64,000 bases of DNA from positions 24,552,001 through 24,616,000 of the forward strand of contig NC_083277.1 of assembly GCF_963506605.1 (NCBI RefSeq), given 5' to 3'. Below are positions 13,156 to 26,551 of the stretch, in pieces; the stretch's first letter is position 1; each line of letters opens with the position of its first letter. Origin of the DNA: Zootoca vivipara. Its lineage: Eukaryota. Under the pieces are notes generated by a model. That model ran no database searches. It had not been told where the DNA came from and saw only the letters and a program-made list of their open reading frames with translations. The position numbers were made by a program, and so were the translations under genes.

Positions 13156-16100
13156 AGTATTGTTGATATTGGTTCTAAAAAGTGATGAACAAATGTTGAA
13201 ACCTGGCTTGAAGAGGAAATTGCAAAATTGCTGTTTATTGGAAGCTAATTTTGGAGCCATTATTAGAGTTAAAAACACAGCTGTTTTCATGCTTTAAATT
13301 ATTCAGAGTGGTTTTAATTTTGCGTTTGTATAGTGTAACACGCTCTGGAATCTTATGGTGAAGGGCGGGTAAGAAATCCTATTGCTAATATTAATACTCT
13401 GTTGACCATAGGATCCAGCAAATTTACTTGCTTACAAACATTTATATTAGATCACCTGCCTTAAATGTCCCTGTTAGTCATATATGGCCTAAAGGGAAAA
13501 ACAACAACCAACTTCTTGAAACCTTCCCTACCTTGTCACCTAGAAACATTTCTTAACAAAGCACAGGTGATCAGGCAAGGGAGTATTTTTCAAAGTCAGA
13601 TTTTTGATAAGAGTTTTCTGGCTTTAAATTAGTATTCGACACAGTATGGTCTTGATGCAATTGTGCTATAATCCCTTTAATCTTCTCTGTTACCTGTTTT
13701 GCTTTACAATGTTGGTTTGTCAGAAGGATGAAGTACTCATTGCATATTATATTCTTAACTGAAAGCAAGCAGATTAGTCCACAAACCACTGGTATCAAAG
13801 AACGGACAGTTCAGTAGGATTAAACTTGACTTAACATGCCAATTCATTTGTGACCCCTAGGGTGCTGTTAGGGTGTGTCAATACATATGATAGCCTTATT
13901 CTAGGTTGCAGTGGAATCTGAGAAGTTAAAGACAGTACTGTATTGCAGACAGATGCAATTAAATATTATGTTGCAGCAGTATACATTATCTACCTATAGA
14001 CCTATGAACGTCAGCTGCACTCTGTTACTTCTTCTGAAGCACAGTCTGTCGCCTTGAAGGCTTGGATAGCTAGGTATAGTTTGGGTAATCACATAATCAT
14101 AGGCTTGTGTGATTTGAGAGTGGGAGGAGAGGGTTGTTCTGTTGGTAAGTGATCATGTTTGCTTCTCCCTGCTTTTGGGGTTTTTCCCTCAAGGTGGCAG
14201 ATTGATGTTTTCCAACATTTCTTATTATGCAGACATAATACATAATACCTTTGAAAAATGCACATTTCCTCCCTTAGATGAGCTTTGCAGTTTGTCTCTG
14301 TGATCAGTCTGTACCACATGTTGTCCTGTGGAAGCTGGGGCTGTACATTGACGAATTGTCTCTGATGAGCAGTGTTGGAGAGAAGTGTTTCTGTCTTGAT
14401 GGCAGAGGTCAGTACATGGATGGGTGAAGGGCAGGGGCACATAGTTTGACTTAAAACTCAGGTCTGTAGCATATAGTTTTGGAGGGAGGTGATCTTGATA
14501 TTGGGAACGGGACACTGACCGGCAAAGTCATTCTTCCATACCTCCAGTGATGTAGTTTTTGTACTTGCAAGCTGTGCACGACTTTGCAGAAGTGCAAGTG
14601 CACCTACTGTGTCCTTTGCATGGCACTGCATTGTAAGGACATTTCACTGTGATCCTATTACACTACTATGCTCCTTAACAGCAAGTGGAGCTGCATAGAG
14701 TCACTTTTACCTGCTTCTTATACCTCATATTGCAGTTATGGTTAAAAAGCAAAACAAAACCACCTTCTCAAAAGCTTGTTGGGCTTTATGTGGCACCCAG
14801 AACTCTAAGTCCTCCATCTGTTGTCATCCAATTGCCAAAATAAAATCTGTACTGCCTCTGTTTCTTCACAAAAAGGACCCTCAGCCTATCAAGCTAGTGC
14901 CAGAAAGGCACATGTAGTGGCTGACTACCAAAAGGCCTGAGATAATTATACAGTTAGGAAATTACCATTAGAAGCTTCGGTCGGTTGCATATAAATACTT
15001 CTCCATTCCTCAAACAGTAGTTCACTAACTCTGAATACCAGCAGCTGGATATTAATCTTCAGTTCTAGTAATGGCTGATTTAATTTCTTCTTGGCAAGGC
15101 TGTATGAAATGCTATAGCTCGTACAAGGAACACTCTGGCATGTCCCCAGAAGCATTTTGCACTTCAAGTTTAGCATTGGATTTGTCTCAGTAAAGACACT
15201 TCAACCAATTACTTGCTTATTTTAAAACAGCGTATCATTTAATAAAGTATCTCCACTTAGATAGCCATTCCAATAAAATAAACAAACAAGGGATGTGAGG
15301 GGAGGCTTGAAAGTATACACTTGGCACTTATTAACCTGAAGCTAGAAACACTCTTAACAAGTCTAAGCAACAAGGTTGGCTACAGTCACAAATGCTACCA
15401 CGTTATTCAATAAAAAGCGGCAATACATACTTGAATTCTAATATGATGCCCTATATTACATATACAGTAGTTTATATGCTGTTGAGTTGTCATAAGCATA
15501 AAATTTTCTTTTAAGGTACTGATGACTCTGGAGAGAACTTTCTACTTGCTATTTGCATGAAATAAAACGATATTTTTAAGTTGCATAATCTGCAAAGAAG
15601 TACTGTATGTGCCAAAACACCAAACATAAAATAGGTTCGGTACACACTGTTCTCTTCTTGACTTAACATTTATTAGTATAAATTGTGTTTCTCTTTAATA
15701 TGCTAAAGCGAGTACATAAACTGCAGAAATTGGTGTGTCTGCACTCCCACAGGAGGGGGAATGATACTTTCTCACTTTCAAAGTGCTCCACAAAAGTGAG
15801 GCTATTTCCCATGCTTTTCTGAGCAAGGAGCTGGGAGAGAGGGATTGACCAGAATCTTTTGCTGATGTTTAGTGTTCTATATGCAAATTAAAAGCTGTAC
15901 TTGAATTTATTGGAGTATCAGTAAATATTTTGAGATGTGAAACTCAATAACACACATTCCTTACCTGGTTTAAGTTTCTTTAATAAAAAAAAGTAAGGCA
16001 CTGAAAATTGTTATACTAATTTTTGCACATTCTTGCATTTATAAATATGCTTGCTTCCAAGGGAGGGCCGGTTAACAGTTTAAAGGATTGGGTAAGAATA

Positions 16101-16454
16101 GACCCAGGTGGCGCTGTGGTTAAACCACTGAGCCTAGGGCTTGCTGATCAGAAGGTCGGCGGTTCAAATCCCTGTGACGGGGTGAGCTCCCGTTGCTTGG
16201 TCCCAGCTCCTGCCAACCTAGCAGTTCGAAAGCACGTCAAAATGCAAGTAGATAAATAGGAACCGCTACAGCGGGAAGGTAAACGGCGTTTCCATGTGCT
16301 GCTCTGGTTCGCCAGAAGCGGCTTTGTCATGCTGGCCACATGACCTGGAAGGTATACGCCGGCTCCCTCGGCCAATAATGCGAGATGAGCGCCGCAACCC
16401 CAGAGTCGGTCACGACTGGACCTAATGGTCAGGGGTCCCTTTACCTTTACCTTT
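16101..16454 (+). mobile_element. Sauria SINE, near full length
   Basis: Near-identical to the 11513 copy; TSD taagaataga at 16093-16102 / 16455-64. Confidence 0.95.
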
Positions 16455-17170
16455 TAAGAATAGAACTGTTTGGATGCACGAGATAAACTTTTTAGCTGCA
16501 CAATCATGCTTTATTCATCAGGCATATAATGTAGGTTTCATATTTAACATGACTAAAATGCACTGAACCGCCCACATCACTGTTAGGTGTATTTGAGCCT
16601 GGCTGCAGAAGACAGTCACTTTGTAAGTCCTGCTTTTCAGAAGTTTTTGTTATTTCTGCAAAGTTTGCTATCCATGCAAACCAGCTTGCAGAGGTGGCCC
16701 GTGAGAAGACAGTTGGCATAAAAACTGGCTTCAAGCCCAGAGTTTTTGTATGCATAGTATGGTGAAATTATAATTTCAGACATTAAGAAACAATAAATAA
16801 ATGAGCTGAACAGAGCAGCGAGATTCTAAAGATTTACTTTCAAGCTAATGTTTGCCTGAAGTAAGACAGTTTTAGGAATCTCATCCTAGAAGAGAGAACT
16901 TCTAGCCTAGTCCTGCATCCATTGTCAGTATTTGTCAGATAGATATTTCTTGGTTTAGAATCCCTTCAGTGTTTTTCCAACATGCATGTGCTTGCTGTAT
17001 TTATTTCCTTTATCTTGACAGCGGCCCTACATGCTTGTCATGAAACTTCCTGTTATCAGATGTGGAGCTGACGATGAGATAGAGGAAACAGATGGCCATT
17101 TGGCCACACAGCTATATCGGATGTGTGGTAAAATTTAAGCGTTAACCTCACTTGATAGTATGATCTAGAC

Positions 17171-17306
17171 CAGTGTTTCCCAACCTTGGGTCTCCAGCTG
17201 TTTTCGGACTACAATTCCCATCATCCCTGACCACTGGTCTTGCTAACTAGGGATGATGGGAGTTGTAGTCCAAAAATAGTTGAAGACCCAAGGTTGGGAA
17301 ACACTG
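17171..17306. mobile_element. 136-bp palindromic hAT MITE
   Basis: TIR CAGTGTTTCCCAACCTTGGGTCT; perfect 8-bp TSD atctagac. Confidence 0.93.
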
Positions 17307-17568
17307 ATCTAGACAACTGGCTTATTGGATGCAAAACCTTTTTCCATCCCAGGTGTTTGCCTACTGGTTCCTGCTAGTAAAGGCTTTTTTGTTCAATGTC
17401 TTTATTAGTCCTTTTCTATAAAAGCAACTTAATGTATTAAAAGCGGCCTCCAATTTTTTTAAAAGTATTGTATTGCAACAAGGGCCATTTCTTGTTCATT
17501 TTGGGGTAGGGAAATCCTGGAAGGAACACCAAAGACATTTTTGCTAACTAAGTATATATCCTCTGAAG

Positions 17569-17867
17569 GACGCAGGTGACTCTGTGGGTTAAACCACAGA
17601 GCCTAGGGCTTGCTGATCAGAAGGTCGGCGGTTCGAATCCCTGCGACGGGGTGAACTCCTGTTGCTCAGTCCCAGCTCCTGCCAACCTAGCAGTTCGAAA
17701 GCACGTCAAAGTGCAAGTAGATAAATAGGTACCGCTCCAAGAAGCGGCTTTGTCATGCTGGCCACATGACCTGGAAGCTGTACGCGGCCAATAAAGCGAG
17801 ATGAGCGCCGCAACCCCAGAGTCAGTCACGACTGGACCTAATGGTCAGGGGTCACTTTGCCTTTACC
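17569..17867 (+). mobile_element. Sauria SINE with internal deletion
   Basis: 16-bp TSD tatatatcctctgaag at 17553-68 / 17868-83; lacks the ~45-nt GCGGGAAGGTAAACGGCG segment. Confidence 0.93.
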
Positions 17868-19576
17868 TATATATCCTCTGAAGACCATATATAGAACCTT
17901 CTTACCAGCTCCTGAAACTCATGGATCCAGCATCCCCCTTTCTTCTGAACCCTTCTTGCCCTTTGTCTCCCAGATCCTTCTTTCAGTAGCTAACCATCTT
18001 CTGATGGAGTTCTGTGATGTTTCGCATCTGTGCATGTTGTTGTTCTATTCCCCTAGATCCTACCTGGCTGCTGCTTTTCATTCTCCTGTTTTGAGACTCA
18101 GGCTATCCACCTTTATTAGCCATGTTAGGTTTTGGCACTGCAATAGTCCTGTCAACTGTAAAGAATTAGAGATCATCATATAATCATTATATGATTATAA
18201 TGTTTTATTTGCTTCTCCCCCACCACACACACAATTTGATTGCATCATATGCTGTATTGCTGGCAGCATAATATATAGGCATGCACCTATGGAACTATGA
18301 GAAGGCGTCATTAGGGTGTTACGTTTCTGGCACTCCTTACAGTTTATGGTTTGCTTGATTTCTAGCTGCCAAAGCTAAGAGGCGCAAAAACATACTACTG
18401 TTATTTCGCAATCTGCCTTGATTTACATAAATTGATTGTATGTATCTTAGAAGTCCTATTCTTAGGGGAAGGAAGAATACTTAAAATATGCAATATACAT
18501 ATTTACATTCTGATGTGCTTTTTAAGCATCTGATACTGTGTTGTTATAAGGGAGAGGAGCAAGGAATCCATTTCAGTTTCAACAAAATTACTCATTTTGT
18601 TTGCACTAAACCCAAATCCTTGAGTTTTTAAATAAACTTGTTTCATCTGGCTGCCTTTCAACAGAGCTGCATTCCTAATGTTGGCAATGGCATGAAAACC
18701 AAAGGTTAAAGTCTTCATCTTTGAATAAGAATTGCAAAATAAAGCTCATAATATCAATTGGATTTCTGCATTAGTGGTTAAACTGTTTCCTTTGATTTTT
18801 GCCTCAGAAATGAGACTTACATGCCTTGAGTTTTAATCTCTCAAGTGTGAGCAGTTTGTGCTAGGCAGCAGCTAAGGGCAGACAGGTGGGTTCATAGAGA
18901 TCCAGGCAATATTATGATATCAGCCCAGCTGGGATTGAAGCCCAGTGAGTCAGGCAGCAGAGTGCATAGAAAAAACTCAAACCTAATCCAGACTACAGCT
19001 CCAAACAAAGGTAGATACTGTGCAGAGGAGCGAGAAATCAAGCGACCCAAGGTGAAATTGTACCTATGCAGTGTCATCGCACCCAATCCCATTCTCTCAC
19101 AGACAGGCATCAAGGAATGGCACTGGCTTTTTGCCCACGATGCGCTGGTTCCAAGTTGCAACCAAAACATGTGGGCTTTCGTATGTGAGCATTTGTTGTG
19201 CTCTGGTGTCTGATATATTTCCAGTTGTTGTGTATTTATTTCCATATCTAATAATGTAGCAAGACTGGGCAGAGGACCCATCAGAATCTACTTGTAGATC
19301 TGAGTGTAAATGGCAAGCATTCCTGACTCCCAACTGTTTAATCATGGCAGCAACAAAATGACTCTGCCACCGCCCTGTCCTAAATTATACTCCACAAATG
19401 AAGAAAGGTTCGAGTAGCCAGGAATTATTTTTTGTTTGGAAGAACTGTGAACTCAGTTCAGTTCTGCTATTTACAGGATTCTGAGTCCAGGAATTTGTTT
19501 TATTCCTAATTATGCGCCAGACTATACTGGAATTATCTTTGGCATAGAACTGAGCAGTTAGATATATCTCAAAGGA

Positions 19577-20812
19577 GGTTCCGGTTTCCGCCTGCAGGAA
19601 TGGCGGACCTGTTTTCCATCCCTCTGACCTTCGTAAGGAATTTGGCGGTTGCTAGGGGAGTAAATGGCAACCCCCTACCCTCTCCGGGGGTTACGGAGAG
19701 GGGCCGCTGGCCCGCGATGCCCCCAGACCCACTCCGACTGTTTATGGAGTGGGGGGAGCTTGGGCTGAAGCACTTACGAGGGCCAGGACTCCCGGACGCT
19801 AATCTGCATGGCGGGGATTTCCATGATTAAAGAAGATAATTAGGCTTAAATCTATGGACATACTTCAGAAGGAGGGGCAGAAGCGCTGTTTACTGCCGAG
19901 AAATCTATGCTGCTGAGGGTGAGGAGTTAAAGGCTGTATTTCATCTGGAAGAAGGATTGATGGGGACGGAGCGATAAGGGAAGCGAGTCTTTCTTTTTTA
20001 TTTTTTTTCATATGAGTTACTTCGTACCTTCCCAGACGTGATGTCCTGGCTTGTTTGGAGTGAAAGAGAAGCAAAAGACTGTGTGAGTTGAACTTTATAA
20101 ACTGTTGTTATTGAGTATATTTTTTGAAGATGAGGAGTTGCTGACGAGAAAAGCCCCCCTCTAGTTGGATGGGAGGAGTGCCTGGACGCGTTCGGAGGAT
20201 TTATGAGTTGTGACGCACTTTGAATTGGAGCAGCGACCTGAAGCTAAGTTCAGCTATAGGGCAAGGAGATCCATTAATTTACCAAGAGTCTATGCATGGT
20301 GTGAGGTCTGGTTCTTCTGCCTGGAAAAGCTGTAAATTTTATAAAGATCGTTAATCTATGAGAGAAAACGAAAGTGATTTGAGTTTTTTTAAGATGGCGC
20401 TGCTTCGTGTTGAGAGTCGACGCAATAGGGACGCTCCAGACCAAGAAGATTTATGGGGAGGCTCGACTGATTAACTCACACAGGAGAAAGAACATTTGTG
20501 AAACTTTGTTTGACATTTATCTCAGCAGCTGGGAAATAATCGGTTGAAAGAGGAAAACATCTATGTGACTGTAAGGGAAAGATCTGGATTATTATGAACT
20601 CGGAGAGACGATTTGAACTTTAGAAAAAAGACGGCAGTGGACGGTTGCGAGGAATCCCCAATTTCTTGAAGCATGGGAACCCAAAAAAATTTTTTAGATG
20701 ATTTGGCATAACATTCGGTTTGATTGATATATATGTGTATAATTTGAAATAATGAATGTGATATAATTGGTTTTAATTGGAAAATTAATAAAAAATATAT
20801 TTTTTTAAAAAA
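19577..20812 (+). mobile_element. Non-autonomous L1-like retroelement (1.24 kb, non-coding)
   Basis: Perfect 18-bp TSD tagatatatctcaaagga (19559-76 / 20813-30); CpG-rich head; AATAAA 20787-92 plus A/T tail. Confidence 0.85.
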
Positions 20813-21649
20813 TAGATATATCTCAAAGGATTAGAGCAAGCTGTAAATTCAGAAGTTTCCAACTGAATTACTGAAAAATACACCATTCATTAATATAATA
20901 GGAACATATTTGCAAAAAAATAAAATTGTCAGCTCTGAAGAACTGGAAGTACTTCTCGAAGTTCAATCAGCAGCTGCTGGACACCGTCTTCCTCTATTTC
21001 CTACATGCCCTGATTGCACTTGGCTTCATAAGAGATAAACTTTGTTTAGGGCAAGTACTGGAAGGGACAAGGAGCTGTGATGCAAGGATGACTTATTTAG
21101 TTTATTAGCTGCTGCATGCAGCCAGAGCCTGTCCACTGTGGCTCTGCACTGTGCTTCTGGGTCCTAGAGAGTGCCTCTTCTCTCTTCTTTGCTAATGCTG
21201 CAGATGGCAGCTGAAAACTGCCATTTAGTGCTCCTTCTGCTAATGTCAGGTTGCCAGCTGACCATAGTTACCCCTCACAATGGCTGTTACTGCAACTGTT
21301 GAAAACTGAAAAGAGGAGAAAAGGGCCATACCTTCCTTCCTTATTTATTTATTTATTTTTGCATCCTGCCCTTCCTTCCAGTGGAGCCCAGGGCAGCAAA
21401 CAGCAGAATGATGTTAAAAGTTCCTGCTGCTGCACATTCTTTGACCTACGATGACAGTAAAAGGTAGAAAAATAATTTGCATCCATTAATATCTGAATTA
21501 GTTCAGTTTAGACTCCTACGTTATGCTAGAGCTCAAATGCAACAGCACCACAAAATCACATCCTTTCTGTTCTCATTAGGTTTAAAAGGAGCATTCTGTT
21601 GGAGCCATAAGAAGGCTTTTTTCATGCCTAATTTCAAAAAGTTCTTTTT

Positions 21650-21940
21650 TTAAAAAAAAAATATTTATTGATTTTATACAACATACAAAGAAAACACAAA
21701 AAACAGAAACAACAATACAAATTACAAACACAACAAATAATAAAGAAAATATAACAAAACATTCATAATTTCTAACATTGTTGACTTCCTCCAATCCCTT
21801 CTAACTGTGTTTCATTATATTACATCCTTAGTACTTTCTATGTCTTAATTCTAATCTTTATCTTTTCATTAATTATCTTAATACTTATATAATGACAACA
21901 CTTTACTAAATCTTATTATATCATAATAACTCAACTAATC
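21650..21940 (-). mobile_element. L1-like 3' end fragment
   Basis: On - strand: GGGATTGGAGGAAGTCAA then TG-rich UTR, AATAAA and A/T tail; resembles the 3' end at ~2850-2930. Confidence 0.6.
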
Positions 21941-22971
21941 CAAAAAGTTCCTGGGGGGTGCCTCTGTGCATGCTTCTTCCCACCCCCTTCTGTCTATCCT
22001 TCCCAGTACACTAGTCAGTTGAGCAGTTCCCCTTTAAAACGTTTAATGAGAGTTTGGTTTGGTGAGGAGGAAAATGCTGTGGAAATGTATTCACTTTCAG
22101 TTGCCCTTCATTCACGTGTGTTTGTGTCTGTACTTAAAAAGAAAGTGTCATATTTCTGAGTAAGATAGATGACATGTCGGTGAGCCCCTCGTCCTGTTAT
22201 GCAATTCCCAGTAAACACAGTCTCTTTAGAACTGGGCTCTGGGTAATATTTGCTGGATCTGAAATCTTAGTTAGAAGGTGATAAGGTATCCTTAGGGGCC
22301 TTGTGAACTCATGAGTCATGACTGAGGATCTGGGCCACAGAACATTCCATTTCTATATTGGTGTCAAAAAGTATTCTCAGCTATTCAGGGTGTCTGCTGT
22401 TTGTTATGTCATCTATAGTGCCTGAAATTTCTGCATCACATTTTTCCATTCTTAATAACAAATACTCCTTTCTCGCTGCTAAAATGTAAGCTTACATCCA
22501 AGGCAGTGACAGTTCGGTTCCACTTTAAAGCATGCTAGGAATGTTGATTAACTCTTTTATCTACTCATTTATGATCAAGCTAATGATAGTGTCTGACAAC
22601 AGCCAGGTATTAAACTTTGAAATAAATACCTTTTGCAACCATACCAGAGCCAACAAAAGTAAAGATACAATAACCTTATGCCTAAAGAAAGAACATGAAT
22701 ATTATTTTATGGCACTAACCTATTGAAATTAATGTATTTGCATACTCTAATATATATTGATTTCCACAATTTAAAATATACTAAAAAGAGGTTGAATCCA
22801 GACTTGCTCTCTAAAATTCTTCTAGTACTAGAGGAAGATGACAGGGTGGCGATTTTTCCCCTTTCCCCCTGCAGCCTGCAGTGCCACTTCCCGCAGTGGA
22901 TGTGTGCAAATCTTCATCTAACGCATGGAGTTTTGTAAGCTTATAAAAGGCCTATGCACATGCATGTATGA

Positions 22972-22972
<1 letters not shown>

Positions 22973-23019
<47 letters not shown>
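22973..23019. repeat. (TG)n microsatellite
   Basis: Seen directly. Confidence 0.95.
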
Positions 23020-23022
<3 letters not shown>

Positions 23023-25104
23023 GTGTAGGTTCCTGCTTTTTTATGTATTGTAATAATACGCTTCCATGAATGTGAGCTTTGCGAATGTACTTAATTGTAA
23101 AGCTATTCCAAATGTTGTGCAGGTGGCCACTAACATAACTCTACCACTGGCTACTAATCATGCTGACTATATGGAGTCTCCATGCTCAGGGCTATGCTAT
23201 TGAATACCAGTTTCTAGGGGAAACTGTGGGAGCCGGTTATTAACTTCATGCCTTGGTTGGGGGCTTCATAGAGGCATCTGGTTGGCCAATATAGGAAACA
23301 GGTTACTGGACTAGTAAGCTTCTTAATGTTGCCTTATGCTCTTCTTTCCAATATATTTCCATTGTTGGAAGCGGGGAGGAATCCTTGCTATATAAATAAT
23401 AACATTCATATAGCGTGTCACGTATATAAACTTCCTGAATGTATAGAGGGTTCCTCATACTTTATTTTAGCAACATGGTAAGGTCTTTGAGGGGAAACTG
23501 TCAATTCTATGATAGTGAAAGGTTTGGAGGGGAAGGTTGGACATGAAAATGTCATGACTTCAGAGTCTAGTGTCTTGCAGCTATGTAGAACTAAAAATGT
23601 ACAGTACTGGCTGAGATCAGACATTGTGCTAGCTAGGTCAGCTTCCAAATCATGGTGGTTTGACCGGAAGCATCTCCCATTAGCTTGCATAAGCCTTCCT
23701 CCACCCTCTTCCTTTCTTCCCCCTTGAATTTGTGCACTCTTTCCTTCTCACTTCCCTGGTTATTGGTAACTGTGATTTACCTTGCAGACTAGTCATTGAA
23801 ACTGGAGTTGGATCTGTTTTCAATTTTTCGGTTGAGACCTACCTTTTGTTCACTGCTGCTACCTTGGCTCAGATGTAACTCTAAAGCATAGTTACGGCTG
23901 CCCAGAGAAGAAAGGGGGCATTTGCACTGGGGGGGGGGAGGAACCCACAGAGAGTAGCTGCTTGCTTGTCAGAGGACTGATGCACAAGAGCAGAATTTTT
24001 GTCATCTCAGTATATAACTTGGCAGAACTGAAGAGGCAAGCTGGGTGGCAAGGGGCAGCATGGTGTGCATGCCCCCAAAGCTAACACTTACATTATCTAA
24101 TTTTTGTTATTCTATCCCAGCAATATCTCTGTTCGTGGGCAGCTGCAATTGTTTCACAATAACACTAATCAATATAGCAGGTGTTTTCCAACTGCTATTG
24201 TCATTCTCAAATGTAAAATTTTTGCTTTTTAAAAATTTCAAACTTTAAAATCAATTAGGCCATTATAGTTGAAGAAGGGAAAATGGCTACCCATCATTTA
24301 TAGCTCTAGTTGCTGGTCTTTTTTTGTGTGCTTACCACTTTATTTTGTTAAATGGAAAGTTGCCTCTACGCCTGAATTCACCTATTCATATAGAGTGCTC
24401 CTAATAATCAAACCAATCTCTGGGAACAATCCTACAACAATACTTTTATGTTTATGAAGGCCTCTATTCATTTCATCTGGACTCTCCCCCCCCCCCAAGA
24501 CTTGGTCTTCTGTTCCTTCCCTTGGACTGTGCTTCCTCCATGCTATACTTCCTAGCCAACATGCATTGCCTGTTAAATTTCTATCGAGGTTGTGGATAAA
24601 AGAGGCTTCACCTCGAAGATGTTTAGTAATTAGGTTTCCTAATGTCATTGTTTCTGGACAAGTGATTAACTTCTGCAGAGCTGACTTTAGCCCCCAGCAG
24701 ATGTGAGATTGTCAAGCAGCTGTGCAACCTGAACTTCAATTTCACAATCTATTGACTCAGCTAGCCTGTCAGTTAGCTGTAGGAATTAGAGTCATCCTAA
24801 TTGGTCTGAGGTTATGGAAGGACTTTGTGTTTTGCCTGGTACTAGTGTTACAAACGCACTGTATCTGAAGTTCCTAGCAAGCACTCTTGGGGCTTTCTGT
24901 TCTGTGGTACTTTGGGAGAGATAAATTTGGGATGTGTTTATATGAAATGCCGTGTTACCACTGATGTTGGCTTTCAAAAACAAACAAACAAATTGAATTA
25001 GGATTTTTTTAAAAAAAAAAAATCATTGCAAATTAGGGTAATTTTTATCATAATTCTTTTAGTTTCCATAGGAGAATTCTCTGATGCTCTAGAGTGATCT
25101 TATA

Positions 25105-25146
25105 TTTTGCTTCGACTCAGACCAACATGGCTACCTACCTGTAACT
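25105..25146 (+). mobile_element. Penelope-like pLTR terminal fragment
   Basis: ttcgactcagaccaacatggctacctacctgtaact matches the 4530-4568 terminus. Confidence 0.6.
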
Positions 25147-26341
25147 TATTTATCATGTTTGTTTTACTTGTATTTAGTAAACAATGCTATAAACTTTGAC
25201 ACTGCCAAACTTGCCTGATATTGTATTTGCAAATGGCACCCACTAATGTTCTTATGAAACGGAAACACTTCTGTGGAAAAATGACGGCTTAGAAAAAATT
25301 TCCTTTGTCAATGTGATTAGGTGCTAAATCATGATTCTGGAATTAAAATGTTTCCATGGCTTTGTCCGGATTTAGCACCAAGAAAAGTTAGATGCCACCC
25401 TTTTTATAAGTTTTTAAATTTATTTGATACCATTGCTGATAACCAATATCAAGCCCTCCCTTGCAACTGTGGTGAATAAGGAATAGCTGTTGTTCATTTT
25501 TTGCTAGCTAGGTTGTGACATTTGCACCTACTTGTTTTTTCAGCCTATCATCTTTCTTAAGATGCATCTTGGCTATGATGCCTCAAATGGTTGAGGTCAT
25601 TGTTCAGCGCACAGCCCCATTACAAATCGTGAGCTGCACACTGGTAGTTAAATCCTATTGAAGTTTCTTTTCTAAAGCAAACTTGAAACTATAAGGTTTT
25701 TTTGGAAAATGCCTGAAATAAATTTGGATCTTATTTAGCAAATATAAAACACCATACAGCAAAAGAGCTTAATTCCAAAGTGAGGGAGAATTTTTTTCAG
25801 GTAAAATCCAAGTGTGGATAATTATTTATGAACTAATTCTGTGTTAACAACTGGTTGTCTAGATTATTTTTGCAGCTCAGAGTTACGTATGCAGGAAAGG
25901 AACATGCATTCATTCATGTACACAGCAAAGCTCTGATAAAGTATATACTGTATTAAGTGGCTGCGGGGGTTAGAATTTAGTATTCAGAATATTAAGTAAT
26001 TTTATAGAATAGTTCTGAAGCACGCTAGCTCTGCAAAGTTCTATTAAATACTCCTTTTGGAAAGCTGTAGTGTTGCATGAGTGTCCATCATGCAGTTCAT
26101 ATTGTACCAGGATTTGTTATTGCATGTTGAATGATAGCTGTTGTAAAGGGAACTGGGGCAGTAGCTGATTAGCACATTATATGGTAGATTGTTTTAAGTA
26201 TGGGCCTCTCAAACTCTGCCAGGTTGTCTGAAAACAGAGGGATTAATTTACATCAGCAAGGATTCCTGGTGTGACCATGTTACCGTAGATAAAATTAGAC
26301 TCCTCCTCCCTGTTTTCACTAGTTATCTGCCAGGACCTTTG

Positions 26342-26384
26342 TGACTCAAGCGCACTTCACTGTAACAGCAAACTGTTACATAAA
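26342..26384 (+). promoter_or_regulatory. Putative internal ATXN7 promoter elements: AP-1 TGACTCA (26342-48), D-box TTACATAA (26376-83) overlapping CATAAA
   Basis: Motifs 100-140 nt upstream of the alternative ATG in a TE-poor stretch; function inferred. Confidence 0.4.
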
Positions 26385-26481
26385 CCCAAACATGGAGCCT
26401 ATCTGGAGTTTGTGGGCAGACCCAAATTATGATGCAAGCTTCAGTGGCAAGTGTGCAGTGAAGCACGGTCAAATTATGTGA

Positions 26482-26551
26482 ATGGGGGGAGTGAAACAAG
26501 AAGGCTTTCCAGAACAGCCTGTTTCCTTTAGACAGGGCTTGAAAGCTCTGG
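26482..26551 (+). CDS. ATXN7: Putative alternative first coding exon of ATXN7 (MGGVKQEGFPEQPVSFRQGLKAL + G)
   Basis: ATG 26482, 23 open codons, G|gtaact donor in phase 1 matching the 35112 acceptor (G+AA=Glu, ERRH). End resembles the recalled human short-isoform N-terminus (..QELKAPL-ERRH). Confidence 0.7.
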
